A stretch of DNA of 64,000 bases. It comes from Flavobacteriales bacterium. GTDB lineage: Bacteria > Bacteroidota > Bacteroidia > Flavobacteriales_F > PHOS-HE28. This document shows, in pieces, positions 56,792 to 64,000 of this stretch. The notes beneath the pieces are model-generated. The model did not search any database. It worked only from the letters and a program-made list of their open reading frames with translations, and was not told the origin of the DNA. The first letter of the stretch is position 1. The number at the start of each line of letters is the position of its first letter. Where the stretch lies: positions 470 through 64,469 of the forward strand of contig JBBSUV010000015.1 in the NCBI GenBank assembly GCA_038234075.1. The letters are read 5' to 3'. The translations under genes were made by a program, and so were the position numbers.

Positions 56792-57790
56792 TTAGGGTGA
56801 AACATGAACGAGCGCATAAGAGCGGGAGGCTCCTTGCGTATTGGTTGCCAGCAAGGTGTAGTAGCCGGGTGCAAGGATGCTGCCGTCCAACACCCATTCA
56901 GTGCCTCCTCTTTGCCATTTCTCGTTCTGCACGGTCCGACCTGTCGCGTCAATCAGTCGGAGATCCAAGGGGGTATCTTCCATATTCAGAGCAGTCACAT
57001 GCAGAGAACTGCCAAACGGGTTCGGTCCTATCTTCAACAAAGGCCCCATTACCTGCTCGACTCCGGTCCAATTGGCGCAGTAGTTCGGATCGTATGAAAC
57101 ACAGACTTGGTCGATGAAATTGTATGCGAAATTGGAAAGCCCGTAACCAGACGTGTCGAAAATGAAAGGATTATTCAGTGAATCAACGAAGAAGTTCCCG
57201 ATCACCAATTGCGTATAGGCCGAGTCGGGGACATACACCCCGCTGACGGAGATCCAAGCCGAAGTGTCTGTTAACGGCTGCTCTAAATGGAGCGCCGCAG
57301 AATTGGGATACTCCGGGGAGATGAACTGGTACCAATCGACGGGCAACACATTGAAGAACTTCATGCCCACCCCACGGCACGTGTAGTTCCCAGAATTGTA
57401 GCGATCCAAACCGAACCCACCCAGCGCCGTCATGAAAGACAAGTATACCGGCACACCAAGTTGGAGCGGCTCGGTTAGCTGAGTGGCAATGAATTCTCTG
57501 TAAGTTGGACCACCTAGCACGTAGGTCACGAGGCCCATATAAGCTGCCCCATCAGATGGATACTGGTACCCAAATGTATTGGCTGGGACACCGGCCACTT
57601 CATTATCCGCACAGGCATTCATATAATCCGCGGAATGCGTGTATGGGCTGGTCCAACCCACAACGTTCCCTGCATATCCGAATGTATATGGACATTCGGT
57701 GTATTCTTCGAAGCTCGGGTTGGGCACAAGATTCTGGGCTTGTACCGATCCGATACTGAGCACAAAGAGAGAGAGAATGAAGTATCGCAT
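56792..57790 (-). CDS. T9SS type A sorting domain-containing protein
   Basis: Signal peptide, QNLVPNPSFEEYTECP N-terminal domain, CTD GPNPF...IDATGRTV...LAPGYYTL. Confidence 0.82.
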   Translation of the reverse strand: MRYFILSLFVLSIGSVQAQNLVPNPSFEEYTECPYTFGYAGNVVGWTSPYTHSADYMNACADNEVAGVPANTFGYQYPSDGAAYMGLVTYVLGGPTYREFIATQLTEPLQLGVPVYLSFMTALGGFGLDRYNSGNYTCRGVGMKFFNVLPVDWYQFISPEYPNSAALHLEQPLTDTSAWISVSGVYVPDSAYTQLVIGNFFVDSLNNPFIFDTSGYGLSNFAYNFIDQVCVSYDPNYCANWTGVEQVMGPLLKIGPNPFGSSLHVTALNMEDTPLDLRLIDATGRTVQNEKWQRGGTEWVLDGSILAPGYYTLLATNTQGASRSYALVHVSP

Positions 57791-58075
57791 AATTCACGGA
57801 TGGAATGCTGAAAATAGGGCGCACCGGAAGCATTTGGTAAAAAAAGTTGAAAACTTGCAGGCGTCGCGCACATCGGCAACCTGATGGAACACCCGGAAGG
57901 TTTTCAATCACCGCGTCTTCCTTGTGATCAGACGGCTAAAGCCTATGATCGGCCACGAGCAATCGATGGCATTATCGACCCCATCTTCCTCTAATGCTCG
58001 ATAAAACGAATCAGCAATGCCGCGAAATCATCGCTCTCGCGATGATCGTGCGAAGCAACTGCTATCGGTGCACCT

Positions 58076-58801
58076 TCACCCCAACTCCATCACATCCCCC
58101 ACCCCCGGCGGCCGCTCCACCGTGAAGCCTTCACCGTAGGTTGCACCGATCAAGCGGCCCATATCGTGGGCGCGTCCTTCCAACGTGGGCAGGAACTCCG
58201 GCACGCTGATGGGGGATACCGGCTCGGTGCTTTTGGGATCATAGAACTGGGAACCGAAGCACGACAAGGCCTTCATCTTGCCCTTCCAATAAGGCGTGAC
58301 ATCCACCACAAGATCGGGATCGATCCAGCGGTCCTGGATGCAGTGGTACACCGCGACGGGCCGCCATGCTTCCTGCTCCTTGCCCTCGTGCTTGGTAACG
58401 ATCCGGCGCAGGCCGCTGAGGAAGCAGGCCTCTGACACGAGCCCTGAACCACGTCCATGGTCCGGATGCCTATCACGGACGGCATTGGTGAACACCACTT
58501 TGGGCCGGTGCCTGCGCAGCGCGACAACCACCTTCATCAGGCTTTCCTCATCGGCCCGGAAGAAGCCATCGCGCAGCCCGAGCTGGTAACGAAAGCTCAC
58601 CCCGAGGGACTTTGCCGCCGCTTCAGCCTCCTGCTTCCGGATCTCGCCGGAACCACGGGTGCCCAATTCGCCCACGGTGAGGTCCACCATACCCACGGTG
58701 TGGCCGAGGTCGATGTGCCGAAGCACCGTGCCGCCCATGCCGATCTCTATATCGTCCGGGTGCGCCATGACGCAGAGGATGTCCACTTGGTCACGGCTCA
58801 T
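58076..58801 (-). CDS. bshB1: Bacillithiol biosynthesis deacetylase BshB1
   Basis: AHPDDIEIGMGG, DLTVGELGTRG, DRHPDH, SGLRRI, SQFYDP, YGEGF. Confidence 0.9.
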   Translation of the reverse strand: MSRDQVDILCVMAHPDDIEIGMGGTVLRHIDLGHTVGMVDLTVGELGTRGSGEIRKQEAEAAAKSLGVSFRYQLGLRDGFFRADEESLMKVVVALRRHRPKVVFTNAVRDRHPDHGRGSGLVSEACFLSGLRRIVTKHEGKEQEAWRPVAVYHCIQDRWIDPDLVVDVTPYWKGKMKALSCFGSQFYDPKSTEPVSPISVPEFLPTLEGRAHDMGRLIGATYGEGFTVERPPGVGDVMELG

Positions 58802-59379
58802 TTCCCGTCCAGCCAGTTGAGGATGGGCTCGCTCATCGGTTTCTGTGCGCTGGGGTACATGGTGACGAGGTTCCCTTCCTCATCAATGAGGTATTTCTGG
58901 AAATTCCATTTCACCTCGCTGTCCAGCTTGCCGTTCAGCTTCTTCTGCGTGAGCCATGCATAGACGGGGCTTTGATCCGCCCCCTTGGTGGCGATCTTGG
59001 ACATCAGGGGAAAGGTGACACCGTAGTTCTTCTCGCAGAAGGCTGCAATGGTCTTCTCATCGCCCGGTTCCTGCCCGCCGAAGTCGTTGCTGGGGAATGC
59101 GACAATGAGGAATCCTTTAGCCTTGTACTTCTCGTAAAGCTCTTCCAATTCCTTGTACTGGGGAGTGAATCCGCATTCACTGGCGGTGTTCACCACCATC
59201 ACCTTGTGGCCTTTGAGTTGGGCCATATCATAGGGCTTGCCGTTGATGTCCGTGGCAGAGAGCTGATGGAAGTTCATAGTTGTCGGTTCTTGTTTGATGT
59301 TGGTCGTCACGCTGGCGGTATCAGGCGCGTTCCCGCAACCCAGTATGGCCAATGGAAGTATGAAGAGGGAAGGTCGCAT
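58798..59379 (-). CDS. Glutathione peroxidase family lipoprotein (Cys type)
   Basis: Lipobox ILGC, VNTASECGFTPQY, FPSNDFGGQEPG, WNFQKYLID. Confidence 0.92.
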   Translation of the reverse strand: MRPSLFILPLAILGCGNAPDTASVTTNIKQEPTTMNFHQLSATDINGKPYDMAQLKGHKVMVVNTASECGFTPQYKELEELYEKYKAKGFLIVAFPSNDFGGQEPGDEKTIAAFCEKNYGVTFPLMSKIATKGADQSPVYAWLTQKKLNGKLDSEVKWNFQKYLIDEEGNLVTMYPSAQKPMSEPILNWLDGK

Positions 59380-59470
59380 GCTTCTGATTTTGTCACAAAG
59401 GTGCGCGATCCATCACAAGCTCCCCCGGTATCTTTAGCCCTGTATAGGGATCCCGAACGAACGAACAGCC

Positions 59471-60295
59471 ATGCGCAGCCTGCTACTCACACTCTCGATC
59501 GCCTTTATTTCCAGTCTGTTCGCACAGCAGGAAGTGAAGATCACTGACCCCAAGACCTTAGCGGACGCGCCGAATGTCCGCAAGGACAAGGCCGCACAGG
59601 AAGCCATGCGCAGCGCCGGACTCAGCGAAGAGGAGACCTCCCTGATCCTTCAATATGGCGACCGGGACCAATGGCCGGAAGGCATCCGCACGGACACCGC
59701 CCGCGCCATCAATGGACCGTATGTGCAGAACTACGTGGGTTTCCGCCTCTGCGATTTCCAAGAGGATACCACCCGGATGGCGCTGGTGATGGTCCCTGCC
59801 AAAAGCAACATCCACATGCCGGAAGGCATGCGACCCTTGGCTGATTTCTACCTCGTGCTGCCGGACCGCGCCTTGGAGAATGTGGAAGCTCCGAAACCAC
59901 GGCCGACCATCAGCCGCGGCCCGCAGTGGAAGAAGAACCCGAAAGTGAAGATCATCAAGCCGGACCAACTATACGCGGCCTACGACCTGGCGAAGGACAC
60001 GGTAGGTCAGCGCGCTTTATACACGGCCGGAATGAGCAGGCCGGAGATCGAAGCGGTGATCTTCCGCAGCACCGAGCGCAACTGGCCCGATGGTATTGAG
60101 AGCTTCGAGAAGCGCTATCCATTGCTGGATAAATTCAAGAAGTACCACGCCTACTTGGGCGCCCGCTGGGACGATAAAGTGCTGTTGATCGTGCCCGTGG
60201 AGAAGAACCGCCGCATGCCGGTGCTGATGCGGCCCTTTGTGGACCTGTACTTCATCTATACGGTCACTGGCGTGGAAGTGAGCGGGAAGAAGTGA
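59471..60295 (+). CDS. Hypothetical exported protein with internal duplication
   Basis: Signal peptide; two ~120-aa units sharing VKI..P...AG.S..E...WP.GI...VP...N..MP..MRP..D.Y. Confidence 0.8.
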   Translation: MRSLLLTLSIAFISSLFAQQEVKITDPKTLADAPNVRKDKAAQEAMRSAGLSEEETSLILQYGDRDQWPEGIRTDTARAINGPYVQNYVGFRLCDFQEDTTRMALVMVPAKSNIHMPEGMRPLADFYLVLPDRALENVEAPKPRPTISRGPQWKKNPKVKIIKPDQLYAAYDLAKDTVGQRALYTAGMSRPEIEAVIFRSTERNWPDGIESFEKRYPLLDKFKKYHAYLGARWDDKVLLIVPVEKNRRMPVLMRPFVDLYFIYTVTGVEVSGKK

Positions 60296-60313
60296 GCCGT
60301 CGACAAGGAGAAG

Positions 60314-60470
60314 AACCACGGATGGACGCGGATAACTGCTTCGATCAAGGGAAAACCGCAGATGTCGCAGATGGACGTGGATAATGCGGCTTCCGTCAAG
60401 TAAACCGCAGATCTCGCAGATGGACGCAGATAATGCGTTGCTTGCTCCGACGGGATGGGCGCAGATGAAA
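60314..60470 (+). repeat. Nested repeat array built on CGCAGAT 9-10-mers
   Basis: AAACCGCAGAT(G/C)TCGCAGATGGACG(TG/CA)GATAATGCG twice at 49-nt spacing plus two degenerate copies, between convergent genes. Confidence 0.8.
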
Positions 60471-60510
60471 GCCGCTTTGCGGCTTGATGGTGCCGAGCGT
60501 TGATCGCTGC

Positions 60511-61017
60511 TCACACTTTCGTGCGCACTTGGCCCCAATCCTTGATCTGCCAAGTGATCCGGCCCGTTGCCAGGTGGTTTCCGGAGATGTCGTGTAACGG
60601 TACTTCCGCAGTGTACAGGACGGGTTCGCCGGAGCTGAGGGGGCGTATGAGCCGATCGTCGAGTTCGCTGGCCGAGGGTGCGAATTCGGCATGCGCCTTC
60701 GCTTTCGCCTGGTAGTGGTAGTCCATGGTCAAGGACTTCATGATGATGCGGTAGCGCTTCGGGTCCAAGTGCTCCATGAGCGCGAGCCCGCTGCAATACT
60801 CGGCGGCCGTGGCCAAGCAGCAGGCGTGGATGCCTTTGATGTGGTTGCGGTTGATGCGCCAGTTCGGGATCTCCACCCGTATTCCGCCCGTCGGCAATGG
60901 CAGTACGCGGAAGCCGTGCGGCCGGTTGAAAGGCACCATCCAGTGCAGGCCGATGTTCATCCACCAACGTGTGAACGCGGAATTGCGCGACTTGGCGAGG
61001 ATCGGGGCGAGTTCCAT
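60511..61017 (-). CDS. DUF4442 / PaaI-like hot-dog fold thioesterase
   Basis: PFNRPHGF, NRNHIKGIHACCLATAAE. Confidence 0.8.
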   Translation of the reverse strand: MELAPILAKSRNSAFTRWWMNIGLHWMVPFNRPHGFRVLPLPTGGIRVEIPNWRINRNHIKGIHACCLATAAEYCSGLALMEHLDPKRYRIIMKSLTMDYHYQAKAKAHAEFAPSASELDDRLIRPLSSGEPVLYTAEVPLHDISGNHLATGRITWQIKDWGQVRTKV

Positions 61018-61026
61018 GTGGTGGGT

Positions 61027-61419
61027 TCAACGATCCAGCACGGCGGCGATGTCCGGCCGGAAGTAGCGTTCGCTCTTGAGCACCTTCCCATCCTCGCGGT
61101 AGATGGGCCTGCCATCGGCGTCCAGCTTGCTCATGTTGCTGCGCTGGATCTCCAGGAAAACCTCCTCGATCTTGTGCTGCAGCCCGTGTTTCAGGATGGT
61201 TCCACAGAGGATATAGAGCTGATCACCCAGTGCATCCGCAACTTCCACGAGGTCACCCTGCTCCGCCGCGGCGAGGTATTCGTCGTTCTCCTCGCGCATC
61301 AGTTCATGACGCAAGCGCAAGTCCTTCAGGCTGAGAGCACCTTCTGGAGCATCCGAATTGGCGATGCCGAACGCATTGTGGAAGGCACGCACGTGATCGA
61401 TGATGTCTTGTAAGGTCAT
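61027..61419 (-). CDS. Nucleoside triphosphate pyrophosphohydrolase (MazG-like)
   Basis: LMREENDEYL, EVADALGDQLYILCGT, QRSNMSKL, REDGKVLK. Confidence 0.9.
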   Translation of the reverse strand: MTLQDIIDHVRAFHNAFGIANSDAPEGALSLKDLRLRHELMREENDEYLAAAEQGDLVEVADALGDQLYILCGTILKHGLQHKIEEVFLEIQRSNMSKLDADGRPIYREDGKVLKSERYFRPDIAAVLDR

Positions 61420-61583
61420 ATGTTAGAAGCCGGGGTTGAAGAAGGGTGTACAGAACCGGGCAAAATGGTGTCACAATGTATGCATACGTGCTAATACCGG
61501 TTAACAGAACTTAACTGCGAATCATCGGGAAAGGCCCGTCAATAGTGGCAATTTTGTAACCCGATCCTCCGGGAACCCCTTTT

Positions 61584-62624
61584 ATGGACATGGAACAGAC
61601 ATCCCCTTTAGCCGCTCCGACACCCGCCTCCACTTCCGATACCCTCCGCGCCCTCAACGAACGCATCCAACAGGCCAGCTCCTTCGTGGACCTGATCGAA
61701 CAGGAAATGCAAAAGTCGATCGTGGGGCAAAAGGACATGGTGCAAAAATTACTCGTGGCGCTTTTGGCGGACGGGCACATCATGTTGGAAGGTATGCCCG
61801 GACTGGCCAAGACCCTTGCCATCAAGACGTTGAGCGACGTGGTTGACGTCGGCTTCAGCCGCGTGCAGTTCACCCCGGACCTGCTTCCCGCCGACCTTAT
61901 CGGCACCATGATCTACAGCCCGCGCAACGAGGAGTTCACCGTGAAGAAGGGACCGATCTTCAGCAACTTCATCCTTGCCGATGAGATCAACCGGGCACCT
62001 GCCAAAGTGCAGAGCGCGCTGCTGGAGGCCATGCAGGAGCGACAGGTCACCATCGGGACCACGACCTACAAGCTGCCGGAACCCTTCTTGGTGATGGCCA
62101 CCATGAACCCGATCGAACAGGAAGGCACCTATCCCCTGCCGGAAGCACAGACTGACCGCTTCATGCTGAAGGTGGTGCTGGACTATCCCCGGAAGGAAGA
62201 GGAGCGCACCATTATCCGCCAGAACACCGGTGCCGGGGCACGCTCCCAGGTGCAGAAGGTGATCCACCCACAGGACATCGTGAACGCCCGTCAGCTCGTG
62301 CGCGAGGTGTACATGGATGAGAAGATCGAGCAGTACATCGTGGACATCGTCTATGCCACACGGAAACCGGCCGACTACAAACTCAGCGACCTCAGTTCGC
62401 TCATCAGCTACGGCGGCAGCCCCCGGGCCAGCATCAACATGGCCCTTGGCGCGAAAGCCTATGCCTTCACCAAGCGTCGCGGTTATGTGATCCCCGAGGA
62501 CGTGCGCGCCGTCTGCCCCGACGTGATGCGTCACCGCATCGGACTGACCTACGAGGCCGAGGCGGAGAATATCAGCGTTAATGAGATCATTGACCGCGTA
62601 CTGAATACGGTGGAAGTGCCTTGA
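61584..62624 (+). CDS. MoxR family AAA+ ATPase
   Basis: GMPGLAKT, RVQFTPDLLPAD, ADEINRAPAKVQSALLEAM, NPIEQEGTYPLPEAQ. Confidence 0.96.
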   Translation: MDMEQTSPLAAPTPASTSDTLRALNERIQQASSFVDLIEQEMQKSIVGQKDMVQKLLVALLADGHIMLEGMPGLAKTLAIKTLSDVVDVGFSRVQFTPDLLPADLIGTMIYSPRNEEFTVKKGPIFSNFILADEINRAPAKVQSALLEAMQERQVTIGTTTYKLPEPFLVMATMNPIEQEGTYPLPEAQTDRFMLKVVLDYPRKEEERTIIRQNTGAGARSQVQKVIHPQDIVNARQLVREVYMDEKIEQYIVDIVYATRKPADYKLSDLSSLISYGGSPRASINMALGAKAYAFTKRRGYVIPEDVRAVCPDVMRHRIGLTYEAEAENISVNEIIDRVLNTVEVP

Positions 62625-62632
62625 TGTCTTCG

Positions 62633-62657
62633 CAGTTGTCAGTTGTCCATTGTTAGT
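62633..62657 (+). repeat. 7-mer tract CAGTTGT-CAGTTGT-CCATTGT-TAGT
   Basis: Direct reading, between the MoxR gene and DUF58 gene. Confidence 0.65.
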
Positions 62658-62708
62658 CACATCAGCATCAAGGTCCACTGCGTGAGACCTTGATGGAACT
62701 TCAAACCC

Positions 62709-63587
62709 ATCGCCACTACCCAACATACCAAGGACCTCATCAAGAAGGTGCGGTTGATCGAGCTGAAGACACGCGGCTTGAGCAACCACATATTCAGCGG
62801 TGAGTACCACAGCGCGTTCAAGGGCCGGGGCATGGCCTTCAGCGAGGTGCGCGAGTATGTGCCGGGTGATGAGGTGCGGGCGATCGACTGGAACGTGACG
62901 GCACGGCTCGGGCATCCGTACATCAAGATCTTCGACGAGGAGCGCGAGCTCACGGTAATGCTGGTGGCCGACGTCAGCGGCAGCGGTGATTTCGGGACGG
63001 TGAACCAATTGAAGCGCGAGCTGATCACCGAGGCCTGTGCCACCATCGCCTTCAGCGCCATCCAGAACAACGACAAGGTGGGCCTGATCCTCTTCAGCGA
63101 CCAGGTGGAGCTCTTCATCCCGCCGAAAAAGGGACGTGGGCATATCCTGCGGATCGTGCGCGAACTGCTGGAATTCCGCCCCAAGGGCCGCGGGACGGAC
63201 ATCACCTTGGCGCTGAAATACCTGAACAACGTGATCAAGAAGCGCAGCATCGCCTTCCTCATCAGCGACCTGATGGACGAGGGCTATGACGATGCACTGA
63301 AGATCGCCAACCGTCGCCACGACCTCGTGGTGCTGCGCACGACGGACCCGCGTGAGCTGGAGCTGCCGAACATGGGCCTGGTGCAATTCTCCGACCCGGA
63401 GACCGGCGAGGCCCAATGGGTGAACACCAGGAACAAAGCCGTGCGTGATCATTACCGCGCGCAGGCCCTGCGGCACCAGGCACGTTCCCGTGATTCGTTG
63501 CGCCGCGCCGGCGTGGACCATGCGGTGATCAGTACCCGGGAAGGATATGTGAGGCCTTTGATGAACTTATTCCGGCAAAGAGATTAA
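62709..63587 (+). CDS. DUF58 / VWA domain protein (bat-type operon)
   Basis: GEYHSAFKGRGMAFSEVREY..GD..IDWNVTAR, DVSGS, FLISD; start uncertain (ATC 62709 or GTG 62748). Confidence 0.92.
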   Translation: MATTQHTKDLIKKVRLIELKTRGLSNHIFSGEYHSAFKGRGMAFSEVREYVPGDEVRAIDWNVTARLGHPYIKIFDEERELTVMLVADVSGSGDFGTVNQLKRELITEACATIAFSAIQNNDKVGLILFSDQVELFIPPKKGRGHILRIVRELLEFRPKGRGTDITLALKYLNNVIKKRSIAFLISDLMDEGYDDALKIANRRHDLVVLRTTDPRELELPNMGLVQFSDPETGEAQWVNTRNKAVRDHYRAQALRHQARSRDSLRRAGVDHAVISTREGYVRPLMNLFRQRD

Positions 63588-63591
63588 CGGG

Positions 63592-64000
63592 ATGTTTGGC
63601 CGCGGAGGCGCAGAGGCGCAGAGAAATTCAAAGTCGTTCAAGCTTGTCGCTGCCGGCTTTTATGTGGTGCTGAGCTTGTTCACTTCCGCCGTGATGGCGC
63701 AGGACGTGAAGCCGGTGGCGAAGCTGGACACTGCGACGATCCTGATCGGTCAACAGGTCCGCTTGGAACTGAGCGTGACCTACAACGTGGACAAAGGTGC
63801 CGTGAACATCGTCTGGCCGACGATCACCGACACGATCACCTCGAAGCTGCCGATCCTGCACGACAGCCATGTGGACACGATCCTTCCGGACAAGCAGAAC
63901 GACCCATACCTCTTTAAGCAGACGCGTACGCTCACGATCACCTCATGGGATTCCGGCTTCTGGGCCATCCCTCCGTTCACCTTCGTGATCAACGGCGATA
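63592..64000 (+). CDS. Exported protein of bat-type operon (partial, runs off window)
   Basis: MFGRGGAEAQRNSKSFKLVAAGFYVVLSLFTSAVMAQDVKPVAKLDTATILIGQQVRLELSV...TITSWDSGFWAIPP; open to window end; expected position after moxR-DUF58. Confidence 0.8.
   Translation, partial: MFGRGGAEAQRNSKSFKLVAAGFYVVLSLFTSAVMAQDVKPVAKLDTATILIGQQVRLELSVTYNVDKGAVNIVWPTITDTITSKLPILHDSHVDTILPDKQNDPYLFKQTRTLTITSWDSGFWAIPPFTFVINGD

Noticed and set aside
58798-59379. Selenocysteine in glutathione peroxidase
   Set aside because: The active-site codon is TGC (Cys); there is no in-frame TGA.
60314-60470. Possible mini CRISPR array
   Set aside because: Units are internally periodic, linkers are only ~13 nt and resemble each other, and no cas genes are present.

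Overview
GC-rich Bacteroidota chromosome segment, most like an environmental Flavobacteriales genome. The call rests on TAnnTTTG-type promoters, T9SS cargo proteins, rpmG-DUF4295-ftsY-rimO synteny, bshB1 and the start of a moxR-DUF58 (bat-type) operon. It is mostly housekeeping: rimO, ftsY, rpmG, oxyR-ahpC-ahpD, acyP, queE, lpxB, surE, lpdA, a wza-wzc-rfbC-wecA-like polysaccharide block, uvrA and a bacterial alpha-2-macroglobulin. I found no rRNA, tRNA, CRISPR array, IS transposase or prophage. The features most worth follow-up are largely absent from the ORF track: (1) a ~190-230 nt rod-shaped RNA with its own promoter upstream of queE, probably 6S RNA; (2) a 59-aa small ORF with its own terminator and a putative direct-repeat operator; (3) about a dozen short 7/8/9-mer tandem-repeat tracts and REP-like palindromes at gene junctions, one adjoining a truncated lipoate-ligase remnant; (4) many promoters placed 3-5 nt before the ATG, suggesting leaderless mRNAs; (5) two conserved genes whose expected N-termini lack an ATG/GTG/TTG but have an in-frame ATC; (6) a T9SS-sorted fibre protein with an S74-type autocleaving chaperone, and two unusual SPOR-type envelope proteins. 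All family assignments are by-eye recognition, not database searches.
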